Source: Nemertoderma westbladi (Eukaryota > Animalia > Xenacoelomorpha). From it: a stretch of DNA of 37,588 bases. Of the stretch, positions 11,687 to 23,210 are shown in pieces (within the stretch, counting starts at the first letter, position 1; every line of letters begins with the position of its first letter). The position numbers and the translations under genes were made by a program. Below the pieces are notes generated by a model that saw only the letters and a list, made by a program, of their open reading frames with translations, did no database searches and had not been told where the DNA came from. The stretch covers positions 1 through 37,588 of the forward strand of contig JAUCBJ010004692.1 in NCBI GenBank assembly GCA_032718475.1, written 5' to 3'.

Positions 11687-13945
11687 ATGGAACAAGAACA
11701 ATTACTGGAACGAGAGTTGGAATGTTCTATTTGTCTACGATTATTGGAGAAGCCGCGAGTGTTGAAGTGTTCTCACTCGTTTTGCTTCAAATGTATCGCT
11801 AAAGTTTCTAAACAACTCGGTGATGGACTATCGATAGAATGTCCGCGGTGTAGGAATCCCACCGAGGTGAAGAAACTCGAATCGTTGCCGGTCGTCAATC
11901 ATATTATATCTTCAATGATCGATTTGATTCGCAAAGATAGGATATGTGAGGGATGTCGAAAAAGTAAAGGAACAAATCCCTGTGAAGATTGCGGGACAGA
12001 ATTGTGCCGACCGTGTGAACTCTTCCATGTCTGTGATGATGTTAACCAAACTGATTCGGCAGCAGCGGGTGGACAGGCGGGATGCAGCTTTGATGACATT
12101 GAGCTGGAAAAACAAGGAGCAGTTGGTGGATCTAAAGAACCGGATCCGGATCTGTGTGGAATCCACGGTCGAAACAAACGCCATTATTGCGAGAAATGCG
12201 AATCTCTTGTATGCCGTCAATGCCATTCAGTTGACGGTGTTTCTAAAGATCACGAGATTTTGTATTCAAACGAAGTCTGTCAAACAATCCGAGGAAACTT
12301 AGTAGACGGTCCGTGGAAGTTGAGGTCGCGATTGGAGAATAAACTAACAGTGTTGGAAGGAATTCTGGAGGATTTAGACGACGTCACTGAAGTTTCCACC
12401 GACGACGTCCGCAAACACTTCCAATGTTTATACAACGAATTAAATGCGGCTGAAGATGCGATGATGAAGGAGATTGGGGATCTAAAAACCAAAACGGCGG
12501 GTAAAATATTCGCAGCAAAAGAAAATCTCGCCGATATTGGAATTCCTGAAGAAAACGAATATTATAAGAAGATAAAGAATTCCGAGTTGATCAAAGAAAT
12601 ACCGGAAGCCAAGAAGATCCTAAAGAAATACAAAAAAATTGAGCAGCGGATCTCTGAGGTTGAACTTGTTGCGGTGCCGGAAATACGTTTCGTTCCAGTC
12701 GAGTTACCAGAGGGGTTGGGAGGGTTTATCGGTCGTGTTTGTGTCGTAAATAAAGGGGATTTAGGAGAGAAGGTGGGGGATCCAGTGGGGGTGGATAAGG
12801 TGGGGGATCCAGTGGGTCTGGTGAAGGTGGGGGATCCAGTGGAGGTGGAGAAGGTGGGTGATCCAGTGGAGGTAGAGGATCCAGTGGGTCTGGTGAAGGC
12901 GGGGGATCCTGTGGAGGTAGAGAAAGTGGAGGATTCAGGGGAACTGAAGAAGGTGGGGGATCCGTGGTGGGGGATAATGGGGAGGCGATTTGATCTCCTC
13001 CAATATGAGAAAGTTTTACTAAAACCTCCGACTCTAAAGGAAACTTGTCGGATCGATTGTCGGAGAATGGGAATTGGTAAAGTCGGCCCGATTGGTTGTG
13101 GCGACAGGATCCTGGGGATAACCGACTCCGTAACCAACAGGATCTGTTTCTATAACGTGAACGACGACGAATCTTTATCTCCACGTGGAGGACCAGTGGG
13201 GGTAAAAAGAGACTGCAACGCGGCAAAGAAACCGATTCTATTCTTGGAGAGTTACAGCGATACAATCTGGATCGCCACAACGGATGTTTGTCTGTTTTTT
13301 ATAGACACAAAGGCGGTTGGAGGGAGGAAAGTCCGACATCGTTGTCTGGGTAACGAGAGACACCTCGGTAGACCTCTAGGATCTGTAACTGGGTTGTCGC
13401 GGTATTGGAATCCTTATGTAATTGTAATTACTGAATATAATTACATAATTACATTGAACCCAAACGATTGTTCGATTAGTTGGATTTCCCGTGTCGATCA
13501 ACCCGGGAGACTTCTTGGTACCGATAGGTACGGCTACAACCCATTAACCGCCTTACTATTCTACGGCTACAACCCATTAACCACCTTTCTATTCCAACCC
13601 GACGAACGGAAGATATCCGTCTGCCACTATAACGTTCACGACTCCAACCCCAACAACGTTACCCTCGGATTGAATAGAACGCTAAACGTTCTAGATTGCG
13701 GTAAATCCGTCCCTATCGGGGGAGTGAAGCGGCTGCACCAAGGCGGATATTATTATCTCTTAGTTCCTTTAGAAGAAGATGATAAACAATATGTCGGTGT
13801 TTATCGCTCGGTTGATGATGGAAGTAAAGTATCCCTATTGGGTGCGGTGCCGGTAGACGGGTTCGGTGGGTTGGCTGTTGGAACCAATAAAGGATTATTT
13901 GTTTACGAAACTGTCCGTAACTGTTTGGTTTATATTAAACTCTAA
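11687..13945 (+). CDS. Intronless TRIM/RBCC E3 ubiquitin ligase (RING, B-box1, B-box2, coiled coil, repeat linker, divergent beta-propeller/NHL-like C-terminus), 752 aa
   Basis: C3HC4 RING CSIC..LKCSHSFCFKC..CPRC; B-box CEGC..CEDC..LCRPC..H; B-box2 CGIH..YCEKCESLVCRQC..H; helical region; beta-rich C-terminal ~300 aa. Uninterrupted ATG-to-TAA frame. Confidence 0.92.
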   Translation: MEQEQLLERELECSICLRLLEKPRVLKCSHSFCFKCIAKVSKQLGDGLSIECPRCRNPTEVKKLESLPVVNHIISSMIDLIRKDRICEGCRKSKGTNPCEDCGTELCRPCELFHVCDDVNQTDSAAAGGQAGCSFDDIELEKQGAVGGSKEPDPDLCGIHGRNKRHYCEKCESLVCRQCHSVDGVSKDHEILYSNEVCQTIRGNLVDGPWKLRSRLENKLTVLEGILEDLDDVTEVSTDDVRKHFQCLYNELNAAEDAMMKEIGDLKTKTAGKIFAAKENLADIGIPEENEYYKKIKNSELIKEIPEAKKILKKYKKIEQRISEVELVAVPEIRFVPVELPEGLGGFIGRVCVVNKGDLGEKVGDPVGVDKVGDPVGLVKVGDPVEVEKVGDPVEVEDPVGLVKAGDPVEVEKVEDSGELKKVGDPWWGIMGRRFDLLQYEKVLLKPPTLKETCRIDCRRMGIGKVGPIGCGDRILGITDSVTNRICFYNVNDDESLSPRGGPVGVKRDCNAAKKPILFLESYSDTIWIATTDVCLFFIDTKAVGGRKVRHRCLGNERHLGRPLGSVTGLSRYWNPYVIVITEYNYIITLNPNDCSISWISRVDQPGRLLGTDRYGYNPLTALLFYGYNPLTTFLFQPDERKISVCHYNVHDSNPNNVTLGLNRTLNVLDCGKSVPIGGVKRLHQGGYYYLLVPLEEDDKQYVGVYRSVDDGSKVSLLGAVPVDGFGGLAVGTNKGLFVYETVRNCLVYIKL
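12769..12966 (+). repeat. In-frame minisatellite (~27-bp unit) encoding KVGDPV(G/E)(V/L)x repeats
   Basis: AAGGTGGGGGATCCAGTGG-like unit repeated about 8 times with variants; frame preserved. Confidence 0.9.
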
Positions 13946-14982
13946 CTCAATCAGCTCCACTTATACTTTTAGGTTTAACTAACTAACTATTACCGGTTTG
14001 TATCTCTTTACTAAAACATATTTAGTTACATTATATATAGGGATGTCCCGGAATCGATATTTTGATTCCGGTCGGTACCGGAACCGGAATTCAACATGCC
14101 GGAACCGGAATAATTAGTGAAATACACTAAATATTAAACTATTATATTAAAATATTAAACTGTATATTTTTTTGTGAAACAGATGAATATTTTTAATTTC
14201 TACAGCTAAGTTTGATAATGAGATGAATCAGAACCTTGGGGGGAATTAAGGTGGGTGGAGTGGATAATTGCCTGGCCCGTTATGGCCTATTATGGGGACG
14301 GGATGGTACTTCGGCCTTATACGACAGGGAATTCAATATATTTTTTTTTCGTAATATCTTATATTATTTATATTTTTTCTAAAATCTATAACTTTAGCCA
14401 AAAGTTAGGTTTTTAGCATTTAGACTCATACCTAAAAACCGACGTTAACCAAATACCTACGGTTTCGCGTCACTGGGTCCATTGCTGCAATATCCTGGTG
14501 TCTTTAAGGGAAAGGAGCATGTTACAGAGAAATGTTATTCGAACCAAAACAATAAACGAGGCCACTAGTACATCACATTTTTATTTCATCACAGTTTAAT
14601 TGTTGCTGGGAATAAATGGATTTATGGTAAGAATTGGATTTACTGTAAATAGAAACAAAACTACTATATTATGCAGCACCTACGACGCAGAACTGAACTA
14701 ACGACAACTCGCAGGACCTGTACGTGTTGTAATAACGTTTTATATTTATATTAGTTTTAGGTTAAAGTAGTAATTGTAATTGTGTTAATCGTTAATCGAG
14801 TTTCATTGCTAACTTTACAAGGTTAGCAATTTATTTAGCCTCCTGTAATTATCATATTATTTAATAATTAATTCAATGTAAAATAATGTACAAAATCAAT
14901 GTACAATAATGTAAAATCAATCTAAAAAAACGCCATTTTATAAGCAAATTGTAATAATTAAATTGGAAAAACCACCCGCTAA

Positions 14983-15261
14983 GGCCCGTGCTCCACTGGT
15001 AAGTCGTAAGTTACGACTTATGAGTCGAAAGTGATTATGTCCCATGTTCCATCTTTTGACTTATGACTCATGTGTTATGGTGTATATCCGGCAAGAAGGC
15101 CTGTGATTGGCTGGCATGCAGTAAATGTGAGACGCATCTTATATTTTCTATCAAATGACTTATGACTTGTGTTACCAATGGAGCAAGGAGGCATTCATTT
15201 TGAGATTCTGACTAAGACAAAATCTGAAAACGACTTACGACTTACCAGTGGAGCACGGGCC
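14983..15261. mobile_element. PIF/Harbinger (Tourist-like) MITE nested in the hAT element
   Basis: 29-bp perfect TIR GGCCCGTGCTCCACTGGTAAGTCGTAAGT; TAA TSD at 14980-14982 and 15262-15264. Confidence 0.93.
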
Positions 15262-15511
15262 TAATGATGCATTTCATAAAATATCCTCAGAACGACAAAG
15301 GGTTTAATTAGTTAATTTAAATTAAAAGGATTATTGTGAATTGTATATGAATACTACCTAAGTGGTGTAACATATGGTGGGACCATTTTAGTTTGATTAC
15401 CAGGTGAAATTTTTTTGGAAATGTGTTACATATGTCATATACCCATCAAGACTGAATTCACTGTAATAAACAGGGTGGCTGTGAATTTTCCTTCGTTACA
15501 TAGGTTATTTA

Positions 15512-15700
15512 GGTTCCACCTTGGTGTAGTGGTTGCATTGATTTCCAATCTATCTGGAGGTCGTGGGTTCGATCCCTGCATGTGGGCCAAGACAATCTTC
15601 GATTCGACACGAATGGTTTGAAGGGGCTAACCAGGGGGCATCTATGCCTTTCATCCTTAAATGTTAGCTCTAACGGTCGAAGAAAACTTTATTTCTATAC
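15512..15700 (+). mobile_element. tRNA-derived SINE (degenerate)
   Basis: Pol III A box TGGTGTAGTGG (15522-15532) and B box GGTTCGATCCC (15566-15576) at tRNA-like spacing, with no clean cloverleaf. 3' boundary approximate. Confidence 0.6.
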
Positions 15701-16018
15701 TTGTTTACAAGTGTTGAAAAGTATCTTAAACTAATTGGTAATAATGTTTAAAAAATATATAAATGTTGATAATAATTTAACAGACTAATTGCAACTATCA
15801 AACTAGATATGAACCTTGCAATTCCGGTAAAATTCCGGCCTGAATTGACCCCATTCCGGCAATTCCGACCGGAACCGGAATCGGGCAAAAACCGCCGGAA
15901 TTCCGGGACATCCCTAATTATATATCAACATATCGGCGCTCTGATGGTATCCTCCTAACGCTGTAAAGTAATCAATAAACTTCTAGAACACATCTTCAGT
16001 TTTCTCCATTGTTCTAAT

Positions 16019-17386
16019 TTGTAAGATAACCAAACAGACCGCGGTATTGTAAGATTGTTTAACCAAACCGACCGCGGTATTGTAAGATTGTTTAACCAAA
16101 CCGACCGCGGTATTGTAAGATTGTTTAACCAAACCGACCGCGGTATTGTAAGATTGTTTAACCAAACCGACCGCGGTATTGTAAGATTGTTTAACCAAAC
16201 CGACCGCGGTATTGTAAGATTGTTTAACCAAACCGACCGCGGTATTGTAAGATTGTTTAACCAAACCGACCGCGGTATTGTAAGATTGTTTAACCAAACC
16301 GACCGCGGTATTGTAAGATTGTTTAACCAAACCGACCGCGGTATTGTAAGATTGTTTAACCAAACCGACCGCGGTATTGTAAGATTGTTTAACCAAACCG
16401 ACCGCGGTATTGTAAGATTGTTTAACCAAACCGACCGCGGTATTGTAAGATTGTTTAACCAAACCGACCGCGGTATTGTAAGATTGTTTAACCAAACCGA
16501 CCGCGGTATTGTAAGATTGTTTAACCAAACCGACCGCGGTATTGTAAGATTGTTTAACCAAACCGACCGCGGTATTGTAAGATTGTTTAACCAAACCGAC
16601 CGCGGTATTGCAAGATTGTTTAACCAAACCGACCGCGGTATTGTAAGATTGTTTAACCAAACCGACCGCGGTATTGTAAGATTGTTTAACCAAACCGACC
16701 GCGGTATTGTAAGATTGTTTAACCAAACCAACCGCGGTATTGTAAGATTGTTTAACCAAACCGACCGCGGTATTGTAAGATTGTTTAACCAAACCGACCG
16801 CAGTATTGTAAGATTGTTTAACCAAACCGACCGCCGTATTGTAAGATTGTTTAACCAAACCGACCGCGGTATTGTAAGATTGTTTATCCAAACCGACCGC
16901 GGTATTGTAAGATTGTTTAACCAAACCGATCGCGGTATTGTAAGATTGTTTAACCAAACCGACCGCGGTATTGTAAGATTGTTTAACCAAACCGACCGCG
17001 GTATTGTAAGATTGTTTAACCAAACCGACCGCGGTATTGTAAGATTGTTTAACCAAACCGACCGCGGTATTGTAAGATTGTTTAACCAAACCGACCGCGG
17101 TATTGTAAGATTGTTTAACCAAACCGACCGCGGTATTGTAAGATTGTTTAACCAAACCGACCGCGGTATTGTAAGATTGTTTAACCAAACCGACCGCGGT
17201 ATTGTAAGATTGTTTAACCAAACCGACCGCGGTATTGTAAGATTGTTTAACCAAACCGACCGCGGTATTGTAAGATTGTTTAACCAAACCGACCGCGGTA
17301 TTGTAAGATTGTTTAACCAAACCGACCGCGGTATTGTAAGATTGTTTAACCAAACCGACCGCGATATTGTAAGATTGTTTAACCAA
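16019..17386. repeat. 33-bp tandem array, ~41 copies
   Basis: Unit AACCAAACCGACCGCGGTATTGTAAGATTGTTT, only a few single-base variants, contains the palindrome ACCGCGGT. Confidence 0.98.
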
Positions 17387-18117
17387 CTACTAGGATCGGC
17401 ATGCTGCATTGCAGCTGCATTTTTAAGAATGCTGTGCCGGCTTGTCAACAAAATTGCACCGCCACAACTCCCTATCACCCATGACATTTGCTAGATCATC
17501 CGCATCTTTAAGGCCAGTGTCCTTTAAGATGCGTCTCAAGAAAGTCATGGGCTGTCCACCATGCTTATTCACTCCATGAGGCTGCCAAAGTACAAGATTA
17601 TGCACTGGCTGGTCCTCACGGCGAAAGCAATGTCCTGCAAAGCGGAGGCGATTTTGTTCTAGTGTCAAGCTTGGGGGAGCCAATGAGACACCTCCAATAT
17701 TATATAGTGTCTGGTTGGAGATGTGTGCATTGTACTTGACACAATGAACCCGGCGTAGCATTCTTGTGAATGTGCCATCCAGAGATTTGGTGTCCTCAGC
17801 AGTTAGAGCCCAGCATGGACTCCCGTAGAGGAGTACTGGAACTACTGCTGCTCTAAATAATCGGACCTTAAGTTTCCGATTAATTCTAGGTGACTTCCAA
17901 ATACTGGAAAGCCTATTCAAGGCTGCCCATGCCTTTCCCTTACGTATTCGAAGGTCCTCACCTGACTTCCGGATCCATGATCCCAGGTAACAGAAGTCGT
18001 CCACATGCTCAAGCATACCATCCTTTGAGCTTATGCTCATCCGATCAGAGACTTGCTGAGGACTTTCAAAGTTAACTGTCAGAATTTTGGTCTTTCTGGA
18101 GTTAATAAAAAGACCAC
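17387..18117 (-). mobile_element. 5'-truncated RTE-clade LINE (end of RT plus C-terminal domain and short 3' UTR)
   Basis: GLFINSRKTK..VDDFCYLGSWI..KAWAALNRLSSIWKS..KVRLFRAAVVPVLLYGS..W..LDGTFTRMLRR..RLRFAGHCFR are classic RTE ORF C-terminal motifs. Stop at 17423, ~36-nt 3' UTR ending AGTAGT. Confidence 0.9.
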
Positions 18118-18829
18118 AGTCTGGGACTTCGAGCAACACGTGAACATCTAAGCTAACTGGTTATCTGTCTGGGACTTCGAGCAGCTCGTGAACAACTAAG
18201 CTGGCGGGTTATCTAGTCTGGGACTTCGAGCAGCACGTGAACAAATAAGCTGACTGGTTAACTAGTCTGGGACTTCGAGCAGCACGTGAAAAACTAAGCT
18301 GGCTGGTTATCTCGTCTGGGACTTCGAGCAGCACGTGAACAACTAAGCTGTATGGTTATCTAGTCTGGGACTTCGAGCAACACGTGAACAACTAAGCTGA
18401 CTGGTTATCTAGTCTGGGACTTCGAGCAGCACGTGAACAACAAAGCTAACTGGTTAACTAGTCTGGGGCTTCGAGCAGCACGTGAACAAACCAGCTGTCT
18501 GGTTATCTAGTCTGGGACTTCGAGCAACACGTGAACAACTAAGCTGTCTGGTTATCTAGTCTGGGACTTCGAGCAGCACGTGAACAACTAAGCCGGCTGG
18601 TTATCTACCCTGGGACTTCGAGCAGCACGCGAACAACTAAGCCGTCTGGTTATCTAGTCTGGGACTTCGAGCAGCACGTGAACAACTAAGCTGGCGGGTT
18701 ATCTAGTCTGGGACTTCGAGCAGCACGTGAACAACTAAACCAGCACGTTATCTAGTCTGGGACTTCGAGCAGCACGTGAACAACTAAGCTGTCTGGTTAA
18801 CTAGTCTGGGACTTCGAGCAGCACGTGAA
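18118..18829. repeat. 49-bp tandem array, ~14.5 copies
   Basis: Unit AGTCTGGGACTTCGAGCAGCACGTGAACAACTAAGCTGnCTGGTTATCT. Variation is concentrated in the AAGCTGnnTGG segment; most units have CACGTG. Confidence 0.97.
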
Positions 18830-18972
18830 TCAATATTACTCTCAACAAACTGCTCTTCATTGTCATGAATAAACTTAAAATACTTTGTCAGTTTCGGCAA
18901 TTTTCCAATAGACTCTTTATCAGCTGCTACCTTTTTTCGTTTCTGATACCCACTCTTGTAAACACGATCCAT
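18830..18972 (-). pseudogene. N-terminus of a hAT/Tip100 (ZMYM1-like) transposase
   Basis: MDRVYKSGYQKRKK..E..KLPKLTKYF matches the typical 'Y.SG.QKRK.K..E..K..KL..FF' start of these transposases. It runs straight into the 49-bp array. Confidence 0.65.
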
Positions 18973-19353
18973 GAGTTATGGCAGTACTGTACACTGTCTG
19001 ACAGTTATGTTCCTACAGTAAACTATGCTTTCTAACCTATAACACTATGCTAATACAAGCAAATTAATTTTCTTTCAATTTATTCAAAACTATAGACGAG
19101 ACAAATTATTCGCAAATTAATGGCAAAATAAATTAGTTAAAACTAGTTTAACTAATTAATTAAAAAATTAAAGTAGTGAAATGTATTAGCCGCAAATATA
19201 TACAATTATAAGAAATATTATTAACAACACAGTTGCAGTTACAATACTAAATACTACTGACTAATACGCCCATAAACGCAAGCCATGAAAAATAATACAA
19301 ACCATAGTATAGTATAGTATATAGCATTGTGTTACCATTATTAGAGGGAAGCC

Positions 19354-20281
19354 CCCAGTGAAAAGTGCGCAAGCGTATCGCAAGCGTGCAACGCAGGCGT
19401 ATCTCAAGTGATTCCCAAGAGTTATGGCCCGACCTTTACGCAAGCGATTTACTTGAGTTATGTCACATAAATATCGCAACAACTTGCGTTAAGTCGCATA
19501 AAAATCACAACAACTTGCGTTCAGTCGCATAAAACTCGCATGCGATTCACTTGCGACTTTCAAGCGTCATGGCGCATAAATATCGCAAAAATCTACTGGT
19601 TGTGAGTTTTGTGTAATATATTGAGACCTTTGTGACAGAAAATATGATACAGTAGTTGATTATTCCACTACTGTTTGATACTATGGGCTTCCGTATCATC
19701 TGCCTACTGTACTTACCTTACATTACATTACATTACATTACACTCTATAGACTTAGAACATTAGACATGCTGTATGAATCAATACTAGAAATGGTTGGTT
19801 ATATAGAGGATAATACAAATAGATTAGAACAACCATGGTACACTTTTAACTATTCCCTATAATTTTCTATTCTATAAAATATATTAATATAATCACTGTA
19901 TTCGACAGCCATATTAGATAATTCGTATTCATCAATTTTATATTTTAAAACTATTTATTTCTTGATAGGCAACTTTATTTTAATTAATAATCTTTAGTGT
20001 AATTAAAAACATGCGATTCATATGGGAATTAACGCATGATATTCTCATGGTGTAAAACATGCGTAAAATAAGCGTTAAATGAGGTGTGATTCGCATGCGA
20101 TTTTCATGCACGGAATCACATGCGTAAAATAAGTTGTGAATCGCATGCGTGGAATCGCTTCCTTATTTTACATGTGATTCACATGCGAATCACAAGAGTT
20201 TTATCGCTATTTATTGAGCCGCAATAAAAACGCATGACGCTTTAAAATCACTTGCGATACGCATGCGCATTTTTCACTGGG
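19354..20281. mobile_element. Non-autonomous TIR element, CCC-terminal, 2-bp TSD (CMC/EnSpm-like)
   Basis: ~31-bp TIR CCCAGTGAAAA(G/A)TGCGCA(A/T)GCGTATCGCAAG; CC on both flanks; many subterminal CGCATGCG/CGCAAG repeats. Confidence 0.85.
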
Positions 20282-20342
20282 CCTTATTGTATACGCTCAC
20301 TGGGATATCATCCCAGGCCCTCGAGTCAGACATCCAATAGAA

Positions 20343-21997
20343 GGGTATATCTTTTGCGTAGAGGTATAGCCTACATAGAGGCTTCATGTAGGTATGTGTA
20401 GCCTACATGTAGATGCACGTGTAGGGTGAATGTAGGTAGGTGTAGTCCCATAGATATTAATGTAATTTATGTGTCAACTTGCAGTAACGTGATACACGGT
20501 CGTCAATCAGGATGTATGGCAATAATCTCTGATCTCCACGGTACAATACGGTACATCAACATGCAGACCTGTCTGCTGTCAGACAACAGGTTTTACTGCA
20601 TACTGCAGTACTGTATAAATATCAAACATCGCGTTCTGATTATACTAAAGTCCCTTACTCGTCATAAATATTATGCCCTAATAAATTTGAGTATGCTAAC
20701 GCCACGAAAGGCATCGTTCCATTAGATTAACTCGTTCTGATTTATATGTTTATTGAGTAAGAGTAACCTAAACAATAACAGCCATCATCGCGGGGATTAT
20801 AGTCTGCCAGAAACCCTGACCCCCCTCTGCCCCTCTTTATCTGTTTATCAACCATACATCCATGGGACTTGAACAGTACTTCAGCATTGAAATGTTTTGG
20901 ACGTTTTGTTTTGAAAGTAAAAATATAGAAGTCTGGAAGTTTTGTTTGTTTTAATTTTTCAGGCAGTCACATTCCACCAACCAGCAACAGTCCCATCCCT
21001 TCCCACTATCCCGCGGACCACCACACTGTTTCATTATAAAGTATTCCCATCTCGATGATGGGAATTAATCAGTAATCCGATGGGATTCAAATCCCATCTC
21101 GAAGTAACAGCAAAACAATAACACGAAAGTCAATAGCTTTACAGTTATATTTGATTGCATTGAAAGTTAATAGAAAGAAGAAGTTAAATTGCATATCCAT
21201 TAAAATATCATGAAATTGATACGGCAGTTTAGTAGATTAAAACGGCCACAGCAAGATTTATAAAATGAAAAATAAGTAAAATCAGCACACAATATTATCA
21301 ATATAGACATTGAAGACAATTTAATAAACAAATACTATAAAAAAATATCTACTAACAATCAATACATGATATATATAATATATATAATATACATCAGCGA
21401 CTACCATCGCCACTCTGGTTCAATCAGTCAGTCCGGTATCATTGTTAGCGTTTTGTTGAATTACCCACTCATCCTCAGACCCTCATGGACACCGACGACG
21501 AGCTAACCCTAACCGTTAGTCGATTCCTCCTTGACTGGAAACATCAGGTTCGGGCCGTTCGGCCCATACAAAGTCATTAGCCTCCATGCCTGAACCCGCA
21601 GGATCATAAGATCTACAGTATGTATCGGTATATCGTTCAGTCGTTTTTTCCTTTGTCAGTACTGTAGTATTGATAGGCTCCGTCTCGTGGGTATTCAGGG
21701 GACCCCCATTCGACGTATTCGCATCTCCTCCTGGTTGTTTCGGGTACCACCGCCCGCCATATGCGCATCTCTTCGTGGTTGTTCCGGGTAGGCTACCACC
21801 CCCGTTCGCCGCATTCGCATCTCATCGAGGAAGTTCGGGTCCGGGTACCCCGTGTAGGCCTATTCATTCATCATTGTTGTTTTTAAAGACCTACCTACAC
21901 CTACCTACATTCACCCTACACGTGCATCTACATGTAGGCTACACATACCTACATGTAGCCTCTATGTAGGCTATACCTCTACGCAAAAGATATACCC
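20343..21997. mobile_element. Non-autonomous element with ~100-bp TIRs and 8-9-bp TSD (MULE-like)
   Basis: GGGTATATCTTTTGCGTAGAGG...GTAGGTAGGTGTAG (20343-20446) is the near-perfect reverse complement of ~21895-21997. (C)CAATAGAA is duplicated on both flanks. Confidence 0.92.
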
Positions 21998-22908
21998 CAA
22001 TAGAATCAACTCACCTTCAATATACTATGTGTCTCCTTGTCTGTGCCACTATTGAACTGCATTGCATATACCCCACCCCATGTTAAATAAATACATGTTC
22101 TGGAATGAATATTTACGACATTGGCTGCGCTCCCGTTCGCGTTGACTACTAAGGGCCCTCCTATTTAGTTTCACTGGCATTCTTAACATTGTAGGCGTAC
22201 AATTACGCTATTTATTAGGCTATTTATTATTTATTACGCTACAATTACACAATTAATTGGACGCGCCTCTGAGTATACCTGCGGCCTATTGTGTTCAAAT
22301 TGTGACCCACCCGCTTTGATTTGGCTGTTGCCATATGACTCATATTGAAGTATTGGCTATGTGGGGCCCTAGCGTGCTCGGTTCGCGGTGTGCTCTGGGT
22401 CCCAGCGTGCGTGGGCCCTGGTGTGCTTGGGGCCCCGGCGTGCTCGGGGCCCCGGCTTCCTCGGGGCCCCTGCGTGCCCCCCCCCCAATCGGCTATAGGG
22501 GCTGTTGCGCTGTCAGTCAGAGAGGTAACAGCCCATGGGGTAAGGATTTACCCATGGGGCGCTAACTATCAGATAGTCTGATACCAACTGTCAGACAGTC
22601 TTTTTCAACTATCAGATAGATGATCTGATGATCGCCCCGTTACAAGTTGCCCGATAGTTGTATTTTTTAAACCCCGAGTGTTGTTAACGGAGTCTGTTAC
22701 TTCCGAAATCGTTGATCGTGGTGCCGGTGCCGGAATTCTGGCTTTGATTAAAAACACTGAACTGCTGAACGATGGCGGAATCTACGAAACCCGGTCGGAT
22801 TCCTAATCCGAGGAGGCGACGGAGTCAATTAAACGTAACAATGAAACGATCGCGATGGACAATGGACTGGAGTCTATTCAATGTATCCAGAACGATACGA
22901 TGGCGGTG

Positions 22909-23210
22909 GAGTCTATTACAGTATTAAACACGCAACCAAAGCGATCAGATGATGGCGAAGTAATCTACAAAACAGAGAACGACAGGAAGGCGATGGAGTT
23001 TATAACCCAGTAAGATGTGCATAGCGAAGCGATCGAGACGGATAACAGAGTCTATTACAGTATTAAACACGCAACCAAAGCGATCAGACGATGGCGAAGT
23101 AATCTACAAAACAGAGAACGACAGGAAGGCGATGGAGTTTATTAAACCCAGTAAGATGGTGCATAGCGAAGCGATCGAGACGGATAACGGAGTCTATTAC
23201 AGAATTAAAC
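22909..23210 (+). repeat. ~140-bp tandem duplication (2 copies plus a partial) within the MULE-like element
   Basis: GAGTCTATTACAG at 22909, 23048 and 23190 with near-identical intervening sequence. Confidence 0.9.

Larger units (their letters stand above)
14038..15916. mobile_element. Complete non-autonomous hAT (Ac-like) element
   Basis: Perfect 17-bp TIR TAGGGATGTCCCGGAAT / ATTCCGGGACATCCCTA. 8-bp TSD ATTATATA at 14030-14037 and 15917-15924. Subterminal CCGGAA repeats at both ends. Confidence 0.95.

Noticed and set aside
11899-13280. Antisense and alternate-frame ORFs over the TRIM gene (similar ones over RNF26, gag and the LINEs)
   Set aside because: Shadow ORFs of real coding or repeat sequence with no recognisable motifs.
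15512-15590. Functional tRNA gene
   Set aside because: A and B boxes are present but the acceptor and anticodon stems do not pair well, and it sits inside a transposon. A SINE head fits better.
15955-17494. Three 467-510-aa repeat ORFs on both strands
   Set aside because: They are translations of the 33-bp array. Being open in several frames at once points to a non-coding satellite.
18118-18829. CRISPR-like look (constant part plus variable part)
   Set aside because: The variable segments are point variants of one sequence, not unique spacers. The context is eukaryotic and there are no cas genes.
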